Source: an uncultured Gammaproteobacteria bacterium | GTDB lineage: Bacteria; Patescibacteriota; Patescibacteriia; Patescibacteriales; UBA12465 | Assembly: GCA_964472595.1 (NCBI GenBank) | Contig: CAYYLI010000001.1 | Coordinates: 1 to 31,071, forward strand | Reading direction: 5' to 3' | Length of the DNA: 31,071 nt | In this document: piece after piece, positions 17,332 through 26,915 of the stretch | How positions within the stretch are numbered: the stretch's first letter is position 1 | How the letters are laid out: the number at the start of each line of letters is the position of its first letter | Position numbers and translations under genes: made by a program | Notes under the pieces: model-generated | Database searches by the model: none | What the model was told of the DNA's origin: nothing | What the model saw: only the letters and a program-made list of their open reading frames with translations

Positions 17332-19317
17332 TTATAGTAATAAACCGATGATAAGCAAAGCTACAATGTTAATGATTTTAATCATAGGATTGATAGCTGG
17401 ACCAGCAGTATCTTTGTAAGGATCACCAACAGTATCACCAGTAACAGCAGCCTTGTGAGCGTCTGAACCCTTTCCTCCAAAGTGACCTGATTCAATATAC
17501 TTTTTAGCATTGTCCCAAGCACCACCACCTGAAGTCATAGAAATAGCGACAAAAATTCCAGTAACGATAGATCCGATCAGAAGACCGCCTAAAGCTTCAA
17601 CTCCTAATAAGAAACCAATAATGATTGGAGCTACTACTGGAATAATAGCTGGAAGTATCATCGCTTTCAAAGCTGACTTGGTAACGATATCTACAGTTCT
17701 GCCATAATCTGGTTTTTGTGAACCATCCATAATCCCTGGTTTTTCTTTGAATTGAGCTCTAACATCTTCTACTACCGAACCAGCTGATTTTCCAACCGCT
17801 TTCATAGCTAAAGCGCCAAAGTAATATGGCAAAAGCCCACCAATGAATAAACCAACTAAAACATTAGGGTTATCAATAGCGAACACAAACTTTTCTCCGG
17901 CCTTGTGAGTAAAGTCAGCAAATAAAACTAAAGTAGCCAAAGCAGCACTACCAATAGCGTAACCCTTGGTAACAGCTTTAGTAGTGTTTCCAACAGCATC
18001 AAGTGGATCAGTTACATTTCTCACATCTTCACTTAATTCTGCCATCTCAGCAATACCTCCAGCATTATCAGTAATTGGTCCATAGGAATCAATGGCTACG
18101 ATAATACCAGCCATAGAAAGCATAGATACAGCAGCGATAGCAACACCGTAAATTCCAGCTAAAGAATATGAACCTAAAATAGCAGCTGCGATAACTACAA
18201 CTGGCCACATAGTTGATTTCATAGAAACAGCTAAACCAGCAATAACGTTTGTTCCATGTCCGGTTTTAGAAGCTTCAGCAATGCTCTTTACTGGAGCATA
18301 TTTAGTTGAAGTATAATATTCAGTAATAACTACCATTAAAGCAGTAACTACTAAACCAATCAAAGCGCTAAGATAAATATTTACAAATGAAAAAACTTGG
18401 TTGTCTTCCATTAACCATTTAGTAATTGGATAAAAAGCAATAGCTGAAATTAATCCGGCAGCAATTAATCCTTTATATAAGGCTCGCATGATGTTTTGTT
18501 TTTTCCCTAAACGAATAAAGAACACACCAATAATTGAAGCAAAAATTGAAACAGCTCCCAAGAATAATGGGAACAATATTGCTACATGAGATCCTGGTAA
18601 AAAGATAGAACCCAAAACCATAGCAGCAATAGAAGTTACAGCATAAGTTTCAAATAAGTCAGCCGCCATACCAGCACAATCACCAACATTATCACCAACG
18701 TTATCAGCAATAACAGCTGGATTTCTAGGATCATCTTCTGGAATATCAGCTTCAACTTTTCCTACTAAATCAGCTCCAACGTCTGCTGCTTTAGTATAGA
18801 TACCTCCACCTAAACGAGCAAAGATTGAAATTAAAGAACCACCAAAACCAAAACCGATCAAGGCTTGTAAATCTTTAGTTAAGAAATAAAAAACAGAAGT
18901 TCCAAGTAAAGCTAAACCTACTACCAAAAAACCAGTAATACTACCACCTTTAACTGCTACATTCAAAGCCTTTTTTAAACCACCTTTAGCAGCTTCAGTA
19001 GTTCTAACATTGGCACGAACACTAATATGCATTCCAATATAACCAGCCACAGCTGAAAGAACCGCACCAGTCAAGAAAGCTAAAGCAGTTTTCATTCCTA
19101 GAGAAGGAATAAAAATGATAGCTACAAAAAGAAGAACAGCCACAATCGCTACAGTTTTGTACTGGCGATTTAAGAAAGCCTTGGCTCCAGCTTGAATAGC
19201 TTGAGCAATTTCTTGCATTTTAGCGTCACCTTTTGGTAAGCGCATGATTGAAGCAATAAGAATTGCTCCAAAGATTATAGCCACAAGTGAAGAGGCTACA
19301 ATGAAGATTTCCATCAT
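17332..19317 (-). CDS. hppA: Membrane-bound proton-translocating pyrophosphatase (K+-independent type)
   Basis: [59 protein letters not shown]. Confidence 0.97.
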   Translation of the reverse strand: MMEIFIVASSLVAIIFGAILIASIMRLPKGDAKMQEIAQAIQAGAKAFLNRQYKTVAIVAVLLFVAIIFIPSLGMKTALAFLTGAVLSAVAGYIGMHISVRANVRTTEAAKGGLKKALNVAVKGGSITGFLVVGLALLGTSVFYFLTKDLQALIGFGFGGSLISIFARLGGGIYTKAADVGADLVGKVEADIPEDDPRNPAVIADNVGDNVGDCAGMAADLFETYAVTSIAAMVLGSIFLPGSHVAILFPLFLGAVSIFASIIGVFFIRLGKKQNIMRALYKGLIAAGLISAIAFYPITKWLMEDNQVFSFVNIYLSALIGLVVTALMVVITEYYTSTKYAPVKSIAEASKTGHGTNVIAGLAVSMKSTMWPVVVIAAAILGSYSLAGIYGVAIAAVSMLSMAGIIVAIDSYGPITDNAGGIAEMAELSEDVRNVTDPLDAVGNTTKAVTKGYAIGSAALATLVLFADFTHKAGEKFVFAIDNPNVLVGLFIGGLLPYYFGALAMKAVGKSAGSVVEDVRAQFKEKPGIMDGSQKPDYGRTVDIVTKSALKAMILPAIIPVVAPIIIGFLLGVEALGGLLIGSIVTGIFVAISMTSGGGAWDNAKKYIESGHFGGKGSDAHKAAVTGDTVGDPYKDTAGPAINPMIKIINIVALLIIGLLL

Positions 19318-19341
19318 AACTTTTTAAAATTAATTTTAAAA

Positions 19342-20640
19342 TTATTTTTTATTTTTTTTATCAACTACTTTTTTTTCTTTTTTAACGCTTTTCTTTTTTT
19401 CAACCGGTGCTTCTTCCACAAGCTCTTCTTCAGTTACTTCCTCAACATTTTCTGTTTTAATAATTTCACCATCAATCCCTTGAGCAATAATATCAATTTT
19501 CCAACCAGTTAAACGAGCAGCCAATCTAACATTTTGCCCAGCCTTACCAATAGCCAAAGATAATTTATCTTCCGAAACTTTAACAATAGCTTTTTTGTTA
19601 GCCTTATCAATATCAATGCTAATAATTTTAGCTGGAGCTAAAGCGTTGCTAATATATTTAGCTGGATCATCACTGTATTCAATAATATCAACCTTTTCTC
19701 CTCCCAATTCACTAATAATAGTTTGAATACGAACACCTCTTTGGCCAACACAGGAACCAACTGGATCAATATTTTCTTCTTCAGAGTGAATAGCTACTTT
19801 GGAACGAGAACCAGCTTCACGGGCAATATTTTTTATTTCTACCAAACCATTGGCAATTTCTGGAATTTCCATAGTAAAAATTTGGCGAACAATTTCTTCA
19901 GAGCGACGAGACAAAACAATCTCAGCACCACGAATCCCAGAACGAACCTCTTTTACATAGACTTTAATTCTAGCTCCAATTTCATATCTTTCACCATAAA
20001 TTTGCTCTTCCATTGGTAAAATACCAATCGCTTTTTCTAAATCAACAAAAACTAAGCGACCTTCTGCTCTTTGTACCACTCCATTAACAACAACTCCTTC
20101 CTGATCTTTAAATTCATTAAAGACTGTTTCTTTTTCAATTTCTCTAATTTTTTGAATAATAACTTGTTTAGCGGTTTGAGCAGCCATACGTCCATAACCT
20201 TCCGGTTCTTCTAAATCAAAAATAATTTCCTCCCCCAATTTTGCGCCTTTTTTAATTAAAAGAGCATCTTTTAATTGAATATCCGTTTTAGGATTAAATT
20301 TTCTTTCAAACTCCTCGCCTTCTTCTTTAACCTCCAGTTCTTCTCTTTTATGTCTATTATCCTCTCTTTCTTTTTTATCCAAACCTAATTCTCTTCTTTT
20401 TTCGGCTTCTTCCAATTCTTTTTGCTCTTCCTCGGTCAAATCTTCAACCACGGTTTTAACATCATAAATTTTGGATTTTCCGCTTTCAGGACTGAATTTT
20501 ACTTTAATATTTTGTAATTTATTGCCATAATCTTTACGATAGGCTGCAGCTAAAGAAGCTTCAATAGCTGAAATTACCAAATCATATTCAATCTTCTTTT
20601 CTTCGCACACCTGCTTGATGGCGCTTATTAATTCTGACAT
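19342..20640 (-). CDS. nusA: Transcription elongation factor NusA
   Basis: GRMAAQTAKQVIIQKIRE, S1 domain, AREAGSRSKVA, GSCVG.RG.R KH motifs, IGKAGQNVRLAARLTGW. Confidence 0.97.
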   Translation of the reverse strand: MSELISAIKQVCEEKKIEYDLVISAIEASLAAAYRKDYGNKLQNIKVKFSPESGKSKIYDVKTVVEDLTEEEQKELEEAEKRRELGLDKKEREDNRHKREELEVKEEGEEFERKFNPKTDIQLKDALLIKKGAKLGEEIIFDLEEPEGYGRMAAQTAKQVIIQKIREIEKETVFNEFKDQEGVVVNGVVQRAEGRLVFVDLEKAIGILPMEEQIYGERYEIGARIKVYVKEVRSGIRGAEIVLSRRSEEIVRQIFTMEIPEIANGLVEIKNIAREAGSRSKVAIHSEEENIDPVGSCVGQRGVRIQTIISELGGEKVDIIEYSDDPAKYISNALAPAKIISIDIDKANKKAIVKVSEDKLSLAIGKAGQNVRLAARLTGWKIDIIAQGIDGEIIKTENVEEVTEEELVEEAPVEKKKSVKKEKKVVDKKNKK

Positions 20641-20702
20641 AATTTTGTTCTTATTTTATTAATAATCTTAAAATAATTGAATTATTTTAAAACCCTAAAT
20701 TA

Positions 20703-20730
20703 AAAGCTAATTGTATTATCAATTAGCTTT
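20703..20730 (-). terminator. Terminator-like hairpin upstream of nusA / downstream of pilin
   Basis: 11-bp stem AAAGCTAATTG/CAATTAGCTTT with interrupted U-tract. Confidence 0.6.
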
Positions 20731-20792
20731 AAGTATTTATATAATAATGTATTTTTCAAAAAAAAGCAATATCTTGAGAAATTCGGTCAAAG

Positions 20793-21221
20793 CTATTGGA
20801 CGTAAACTGGATTTAAATAATTTAAATCATTTTTAGCGATTGAATTCATTCTGGCCATTATAAATATGGTGACTGACCAAGAAAGAAGAATAATAACCAA
20901 ACCAATAACAGCGTTCTTCAAAATAGCTTGAGCTGACTTCACTTGATCTTCACTACCTCCAGCAGTCATCCATTTAAAACCAGCAAATACTATCAAAATC
21001 AGACAAAGAATGCCTAAAAATGATAAAATTAAATTTATAATTTTTACCACCTTATATCTAATATCCTCTGTTGCCGGATTATCGCCGTAAGCCGAGCCAA
21101 TTTCTGTCATACCAATTTGTCCTCCCCAAGAAGACCCAGCTACGGCCAGTTTATTAACTACTACAAAATTAAAAGATAAAGCTAACAAAATGAATAAAAA
21201 AATATTTTTCGCTTTTTTCAT
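20793..21221 (-). CDS. CPR-type TrbC/VirB2-like pilin
   Basis: Signal peptide, then IINLILSFLG...FAGFKWMTAGGSEDQVKSAQAILKNAVIGLVIILLSW pattern. Confidence 0.8.
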   Translation of the reverse strand: MKKAKNIFLFILLALSFNFVVVNKLAVAGSSWGGQIGMTEIGSAYGDNPATEDIRYKVVKIINLILSFLGILCLILIVFAGFKWMTAGGSEDQVKSAQAILKNAVIGLVIILLSWSVTIFIMARMNSIAKNDLNYLNPVYVQ

Positions 21222-21312
21222 AAATTTATGATAAGATTTTATTGAAAGAAAATTTTAATTAAGTTCAAAATTTCTTTATCTAAATTATATCTTATTTTTC
21301 TAAAAAAAACAA

Positions 21313-22752
21313 ATGGAATTAAAACAGAAAATTGCTTATAACACCGTAGTCCAAATTATTGGCAAGGCTTTATCCACTCTTTTGGGTGTTATTTCCTTGG
21401 CAATCATGACTCGCTATTTAAAGACGACTGGCTTTGGCGAATACTCTACTATTATTAATTTCGTCTCCTTTTTTGCTATGTCAGCCGATTTGGGTCTAAC
21501 TTTAATTAGCGCTCAAATGATTAGTAACCCCAACGAAAATCAAAACAAAATGTTAAGCAATTTATTTTCTCTACGCCTGGTCTCAGCCCTATTGCTTTTA
21601 GGTTTGGCTCCACTGACAGTAATGTTCTTCCCTTATAGTCCTATAATAAAAATCGGGGTATTAATTGCTACGGTTTCATACCTTTTTCCAGCTCTTAATC
21701 AAATAATAATTGCTCTTTTTCAAAAAACCTTGAAAATGGAAAGAGCAATGCTAGCTGAGGTTGGTGGAAAAGTTTTTTTAGTAATAGCTATGTTTATAGC
21801 TATTAAAATAGATAGTGGCCTAAACGGAATATTATGGGTTTCAGTCTTTAGTGCCGGTGTTGGATTTATTTTGAATTGGTTTTTAAGCAAAAAAGAGGCT
21901 AAAATTAAATTAGAATTTGATTTTACTGTTTGGAAAAAAATACTTAAAAAAACCTGGCCCTTGGCTACTACCATTATTTTGAATTTAATTTACCAAAAGG
22001 GAGATATTATTACCCTATCATTATTTAAAGATGTTACTGATGTTGGAATTTATGGAGCAGCTTATCGCACTATTGAAGTTATTGGGACTATTCCTTATAT
22101 GTTTGCTGGTGTAATGCTTCCTTTATTTACCTTAAATTGGATCAACAAAAATTTTTCTTTCTTTGAAAAATTAATACAAAAATCTTTCAATTTTATGATT
22201 GTCTTAGCCGTACCGTTAATAGTCGGCGCTCAATTTACTGCCACCGAAGTGATAAAATTAATTGCTGGAGATGATTTCGCTAATGGCGGACTACCTTTGC
22301 AAATTTTGATGATTTCCATTGCCTTATTATTTGTTAGCTGTATTTTTTCTCACGTTATTATCGCTATTGATAAACAAAAAAAAGTTATTCTATTATATTT
22401 AATAACTGCCATTAGCTCACTTATTTTATATTTAATATTAATCCCTAAAATGTCCTACCTGGGAGCCTCCCTAGTTACAATTTATAGCAATTTAATTATT
22501 TTAATTGGCTCTCTTTTCTACACCAAAAAATTTACCAAAATAAAATTAAACTATAAAATATTCAAGCCTGTATTTTTAGCGTCATTGGGAATGGCTGCTT
22601 TTATGTTTATTTTACCACGTTTTCTCTATCAAAATGGGATGCTCTTGCTAAGTATCATTATTTTATCTATACTAATATACTTTTTACTATTGTACTTATT
22701 CAAGGGTATTAGTAAGGAAGATTTAAAAATTTTTACTCGCAAAAGCGCTTAA
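21313..22752 (+). CDS. Wzx/MOP-family oligosaccharide flippase
   Basis: About 14 hydrophobic segments; IAYNT...YL..TGFGEY...ADLGL; VGIYGAAYR motif. Confidence 0.88.
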   Translation: MELKQKIAYNTVVQIIGKALSTLLGVISLAIMTRYLKTTGFGEYSTIINFVSFFAMSADLGLTLISAQMISNPNENQNKMLSNLFSLRLVSALLLLGLAPLTVMFFPYSPIIKIGVLIATVSYLFPALNQIIIALFQKTLKMERAMLAEVGGKVFLVIAMFIAIKIDSGLNGILWVSVFSAGVGFILNWFLSKKEAKIKLEFDFTVWKKILKKTWPLATTIILNLIYQKGDIITLSLFKDVTDVGIYGAAYRTIEVIGTIPYMFAGVMLPLFTLNWINKNFSFFEKLIQKSFNFMIVLAVPLIVGAQFTATEVIKLIAGDDFANGGLPLQILMISIALLFVSCIFSHVIIAIDKQKKVILLYLITAISSLILYLILIPKMSYLGASLVTIYSNLIILIGSLFYTKKFTKIKLNYKIFKPVFLASLGMAAFMFILPRFLYQNGMLLLSIIILSILIYFLLLYLFKGISKEDLKIFTRKSA

Positions 22753-22756
22753 TAAA

Positions 22757-23539
22757 ATGGAACAAATTTTTACTACAATTTACGAGAATGAAGATTATCT
22801 TGTAATTAATAAACCAGCCGGTCTAACTGTTCATGGCGGAGCTCACATCAAAGAAAAAACTTTGGTTGATTTTCTATTAGAAAAATATCCTGATTTAAAA
22901 AATGTCGGAGAGGACCCTGATCGTCCAGCTATTGTTCATCGCCTAGATAAAGAAGCTAGCGGCCTAATGATTATTCCAAAAAATAATAAATCTTTTGAAT
23001 ATTTTAAAGAATTATTTAAAAGCAGAAAAATTGAAAAGGAATATATTGCTTTAGTCCACGGAAAATTAAGTAAAGATGAAGATCTAATAGATTTTCCTAT
23101 TAAGCGCTCTAGTCAAGGACATAAAATGGCTGCTGTTCCTCGCTCCAAAGATTATTCAGCTATGGGAGAATCAGACGAGATAGACAAAAGCTTATCCAAT
23201 AGAGGTCGTGGCAATATTAAAGCTTTAGAAAAATCTCGCCAGGCCATTACCGAATTTAATGTTATCAAAAAATTAATTAATTTTACTTTAGTAAAAGTTA
23301 GAATCAAAACTGGGCGCACCCACCAAATCAGAGTTCATTTTTCAGCTTACGGACACCCTCTTTTAGGCGATACTTTATATGGTAATAAAAAAAGTAAAGT
23401 AAAAAATGCTAAAGTTAATTTGGGAAGAATATTTTTAGAAGCTTGTCGTCTATCTTTTGTTGATCCACAAGGAGAAAAACAAGAATTTAAAATAAACTTA
23501 AGTACAGATTTAGAAAATGCTTTACAAAAAGTTAAATAA
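22757..23539 (+). CDS. RluA-family pseudouridine synthase (no S4 domain)
   Basis: INKPAGLTVH, HRLDKEASG catalytic motif, TGRTHQIRVH, GHPLLGD.LYG. Confidence 0.95.
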   Translation: MEQIFTTIYENEDYLVINKPAGLTVHGGAHIKEKTLVDFLLEKYPDLKNVGEDPDRPAIVHRLDKEASGLMIIPKNNKSFEYFKELFKSRKIEKEYIALVHGKLSKDEDLIDFPIKRSSQGHKMAAVPRSKDYSAMGESDEIDKSLSNRGRGNIKALEKSRQAITEFNVIKKLINFTLVKVRIKTGRTHQIRVHFSAYGHPLLGDTLYGNKKSKVKNAKVNLGRIFLEACRLSFVDPQGEKQEFKINLSTDLENALQKVK

Positions 23540-23616
23540 TATTTAAAAAAAATTTACATAAACTACTAGTACAATTTGCTACAATAAAAACCGCTTTATT
23601 TTTAAAACAAAAAAAT

Positions 23617-25017
23617 ATGAAAAAGGCGGTTTTTTTATTTTTTAATTTAATATTTTGTTTTTTCTTACCCCAATTTTGTTCTCTGGCGCAAAACTCTTCC
23701 AATTCTAGCTTAATCATCAATCAAGTAATGCTCGGGCAAGACAAGAAGGCTAAAAATGAATTCATAGAACTATATAACCCCAATTTAATAGATATTGAAT
23801 TAAAAAATTATATTCTAAAAAAGAAAAGTCAATCTGGCTCTGAAAGTCTTTTAATTTCTAATAAAAATTTTAATGGCAACATAAAGGCTCAAGGATATTT
23901 TTTAATTTCTAGTCCTGAATTTTGTGCTAATATCGCTTGTGATGCTGTTTACCAAAACAACTCCTCTTTGTCAGCTAATAATACCATCATCTTATATGAC
24001 TTAAAAAAAAATATTATTGATAAAGTTGGTTATGGGCAAGCTTCCGATTTTTTTCAAGCTCCAGCAAAAGAACTTTTAAGTGATCAAATATTAAAAAGAT
24101 GGCAAGTTAATTTTCAAAATCATAATAATAGTCTAGATTACAAAGTAATTGAGGGGCAAATTACCTTACACAACTCTCAGGGACAAGAAATAAATTTAAT
24201 TTTAAACAGCCAAATAAACGAAGCGGGTTCTGGTAACAAAAAAACTACTAGTAAAAGTAATCATTTTTTAAATCTATGGGAAATTAATAAATCCCAAAAC
24301 AATGATTATATAAGCACTGAGGGAGTGGTCACAGTTTTGCCCGGTATTTTAGGCTCACAATATTTCTATATTCATTTTACAAAAGGCGATTCAGTTTATG
24401 GACTACAAATATACAATTACCAAAAAAAGTTTCCCGAATTAAAAGTAGGAGACTTAATTAAAGTTTCCGGACAACTCAGTCTAACTAAACTTTGTTCTGA
24501 GACAGAAAAAAATTGTGTACCTAATTCCAATTTTTATCGCCTAAAAACCAAAGAAATCTCTGATATTAAAATCATATCAGAAAATAATAAGATAAAGCCA
24601 CCTCCTAGTAAAAAAATAAATGATTTGAGTTGGCAAGAAATAAATTCTCTACAAACTATCAGTGGAGAAATTACCCAAAACAAAACTAATCAAATTTATT
24701 TAGACGATGGAGAAAAAGAAATTTTATTAGAAATAAAAAAAGGCACTCAAATACCTAGTAAAAATTTAGCTGAAGGACAATTCTTTACTATTAGCGGAAT
24801 ACTATCCTATAAGGACTCAGAATTAAAATTGAACCTTATAAATTCAGAGCACATTGAAGGTAAAATAATGAAAGAAGACGAGTCTTTGGGCGTATTACTA
24901 AATGAAGACTTTTGGCAATTGGAAAAACAAAATGATAGAAAAAAGTTGATAAGATATATCATTATTATTATTTTGGCTAGTCTGGCCTACTTATTCTATT
25001 TAAAAAAAAGAAAGTAA
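23617..25017 (+). CDS. Secreted lamin-tail-domain + two OB-fold-like domain protein with C-terminal TM anchor
   Basis: Signal peptide; IINQVM...EFIELYNP (LTD); TEGVVT...ELKVGDLIKVSG and ISGEIT...LDDG...TISGIL (OB-like); C-terminal hydrophobic helix plus KKRK. Confidence 0.7.
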   Translation: MKKAVFLFFNLIFCFFLPQFCSLAQNSSNSSLIINQVMLGQDKKAKNEFIELYNPNLIDIELKNYILKKKSQSGSESLLISNKNFNGNIKAQGYFLISSPEFCANIACDAVYQNNSSLSANNTIILYDLKKNIIDKVGYGQASDFFQAPAKELLSDQILKRWQVNFQNHNNSLDYKVIEGQITLHNSQGQEINLILNSQINEAGSGNKKTTSKSNHFLNLWEINKSQNNDYISTEGVVTVLPGILGSQYFYIHFTKGDSVYGLQIYNYQKKFPELKVGDLIKVSGQLSLTKLCSETEKNCVPNSNFYRLKTKEISDIKIISENNKIKPPPSKKINDLSWQEINSLQTISGEITQNKTNQIYLDDGEKEILLEIKKGTQIPSKNLAEGQFFTISGILSYKDSELKLNLINSEHIEGKIMKEDESLGVLLNEDFWQLEKQNDRKKLIRYIIIIILASLAYLFYLKKRK

Positions 25018-25036
25018 TAAGGCCCTTAAGTGCGCC

Positions 25037-25065
25037 TTGTTAAATTTCTTAAAAATTGATAAAAT
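25037..25065 (+). promoter_or_regulatory. Promoter for thioredoxin-fold/SIMPL genes
   Basis: TTGTTA (25037-25042), 17 nt, extended TGA-TAAAAT (25060-25065). Confidence 0.5.
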
Positions 25066-25118
25066 ATAAATACTAACCATTAAGGTTATTCTTTTTAATA
25101 TTAATTAAATAAAATTCT

Positions 25119-26087
25119 ATGGAAGAAAAAAAAGAAAAAAATATTGATAAAAAAATCAATAAGAAAAAATTGGTTTTTATTATCATTTCAGCTATTGTTT
25201 TAGCGTTATTGGGTTTATTAATTTTTAAATTTGCCCCAAACAAAAATGTTTTATCAATTGAAGAAGCTAAAAGCAGAGCCGAAAGCTTTATCAACGACAA
25301 CCTAATGCTACCCGGAAGCACATCAACCATTGATTCTATTGAAAAAGAATATGGATTATACAAAATAATGGTTAATATTGGACAAGGCGAGCCAATTGAA
25401 TCTTTCATCAGCCAAGATGGAGCCCTATTCTTCCCTCAAGCAATTGATATTTCCGAATATGAAAATCAATTAAACGGCTCCGAAACAGAAGTTAGTTCTG
25501 TTAGTAACAAAAATGATAAACCAGAAATAGAATTATTTATTATGAGTCATTGCCCTTACGGAACTCAAATGGAAAAAGCTATTATTCCAGCCCTTGAGGT
25601 TTTACAAGACAAAGTTAACTTTACTTTAAAGTTCAATAATTACGCCATGCATGATAAAAAAGAATTAGACGAACAATTAAATCAATATTGTATTCAAAAA
25701 GAAGATTCTGGAAAATTACTTTCATATCTAAAATGTTTCAATGCTAGTGAAGATTCTAGCAAATGTTTAAGCGAAAATAAAATTGACAGCAAAAAAATAT
25801 CAGCTTGCGTTAGCGCTACTGATAAAGAATATAAAATTAGTGAAAACTACAAAGACAAAACAACCTGGTTAAGCGAAACTTATCCCATTTTCCCAATTTA
25901 TGATGCCGATAACGAAAAATATGGAGTCGAAGGCTCTCCCACTTTAGTTATCAATGGTCAAAAAGTAAACGGAGACCGCACTCCAAATAGTTTATTACAA
26001 TTAATCTGTACTGCTTTCAATTCAGCCCCAGAAGAATGCGCTAAAGAACTTTCCACCACTGCTCCAGGATATGGTTTTGGAGAATAA
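25119..26087 (+). CDS. Membrane-anchored DsbC/DsbG-like thioredoxin-fold protein with monothiol CPYG motif
   Basis: N-terminal TM, DsbC-like N-domain (YKIMV...FISQDG.LFFP..IDI), ELFIMSHCPYG, GVEGSPTLVING cis-Pro loop. Confidence 0.7.
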   Translation: MEEKKEKNIDKKINKKKLVFIIISAIVLALLGLLIFKFAPNKNVLSIEEAKSRAESFINDNLMLPGSTSTIDSIEKEYGLYKIMVNIGQGEPIESFISQDGALFFPQAIDISEYENQLNGSETEVSSVSNKNDKPEIELFIMSHCPYGTQMEKAIIPALEVLQDKVNFTLKFNNYAMHDKKELDEQLNQYCIQKEDSGKLLSYLKCFNASEDSSKCLSENKIDSKKISACVSATDKEYKISENYKDKTTWLSETYPIFPIYDADNEKYGVEGSPTLVINGQKVNGDRTPNSLLQLICTAFNSAPEECAKELSTTAPGYGFGE

Positions 26088-26111
26088 AAAATAAATAATA
26101 AATAAAATTAT

Positions 26112-26843
26112 ATGAAGAACGAAAAAATTATCATTTTCATTTTAATTATTCTAGCCACAACTGCCGTTTCCATCACTTCTGTCTTTATGGCCCTAAGATC
26201 AAACAACCAGGATCGTTTCTCAGTAACTGGTTCCGGAACAGTTTATGCTAAAGCTGATATTGCTAACATTCAAGTTGGTCTTAGAACTAAAACTTTTAAA
26301 ACCGCAGCCGAAGCTACTAAAGAAAGCACAGAAAAAATGAATAAAATAAATGCCGAATTAAACAAGTTAGAAATCGAAGAAAAAGATATTAAGACTTCTA
26401 ACTATAATTTAAGCCCTGTATATAACTGGACTAATAGCAAAGGGCAAGAATTAATTGGCTATGAAGTTACTCAAACTTTAGATATCAAGGTAAGAGATCT
26501 AAATAAGATTGGAGACGTAATATCCAAAACAACCGAACAAGGAGCTAACCAAATAAGAAACATCAGTTTCACTATTGATGATGAATATGCTTTAAAAAAC
26601 CAGGCTAGAGAATTAGCTATTACTAAAGCTAAAGAAAAAGCAGAAATGATTGCTAAACAATCTGGTATGAAATTAGGAGAAGTAAAAAGCGTATATGAAG
26701 ACATCTCTCCTATCATCAGTCCCCTAGCCTACTCTAATGCTAAAGTTATAGCCGATCAAGCAGCTGGTTTAAGCGCACCTGATATTCAAGCTGGACAAAA
26801 CGAAATTAAAGTTGACGTAACTCTAACCTACGAAGTAAAATAA
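26112..26843 (+). CDS. SIMPL (DUF541) domain periplasmic protein
   Basis: SVTGSGTV.AKAD.A, IKTSNYNLSP.Y, AREL AITKAKEKA..IA...G.KLG.V pattern, AG...IKVDVTLTY. Confidence 0.9.
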   Translation: MKNEKIIIFILIILATTAVSITSVFMALRSNNQDRFSVTGSGTVYAKADIANIQVGLRTKTFKTAAEATKESTEKMNKINAELNKLEIEEKDIKTSNYNLSPVYNWTNSKGQELIGYEVTQTLDIKVRDLNKIGDVISKTTEQGANQIRNISFTIDDEYALKNQARELAITKAKEKAEMIAKQSGMKLGEVKSVYEDISPIISPLAYSNAKVIADQAAGLSAPDIQAGQNEIKVDVTLTYEVK

Positions 26844-26860
26844 AAGATTATTCTCTAAAC

Positions 26861-26889
26861 AAAAAACATCGGACAATCCGATGTTTTTT
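26861..26889. terminator. Bidirectional terminator between SIMPL gene and trxB
   Basis: AAAAAACATCGGA-CAA-TCCGATGTTTTTT. Confidence 0.85.
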
Positions 26890-26915
26890 TGTTATAAATA
26901 AATCTATCAAATATT

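Noticed and set aside
15256-20019. ORFs 15256-15447, 16814-17152, 17510-17707, 19723-20019 (+)
   Set aside because: Overlap tmRNA/smpB, tig, hppA and nusA on the opposite strand.
20668-20690. Palindrome TTAAAATAATT-G-AATTATTTTAA upstream of nusA
   Set aside because: Essentially A/T only; expected by chance at this composition.
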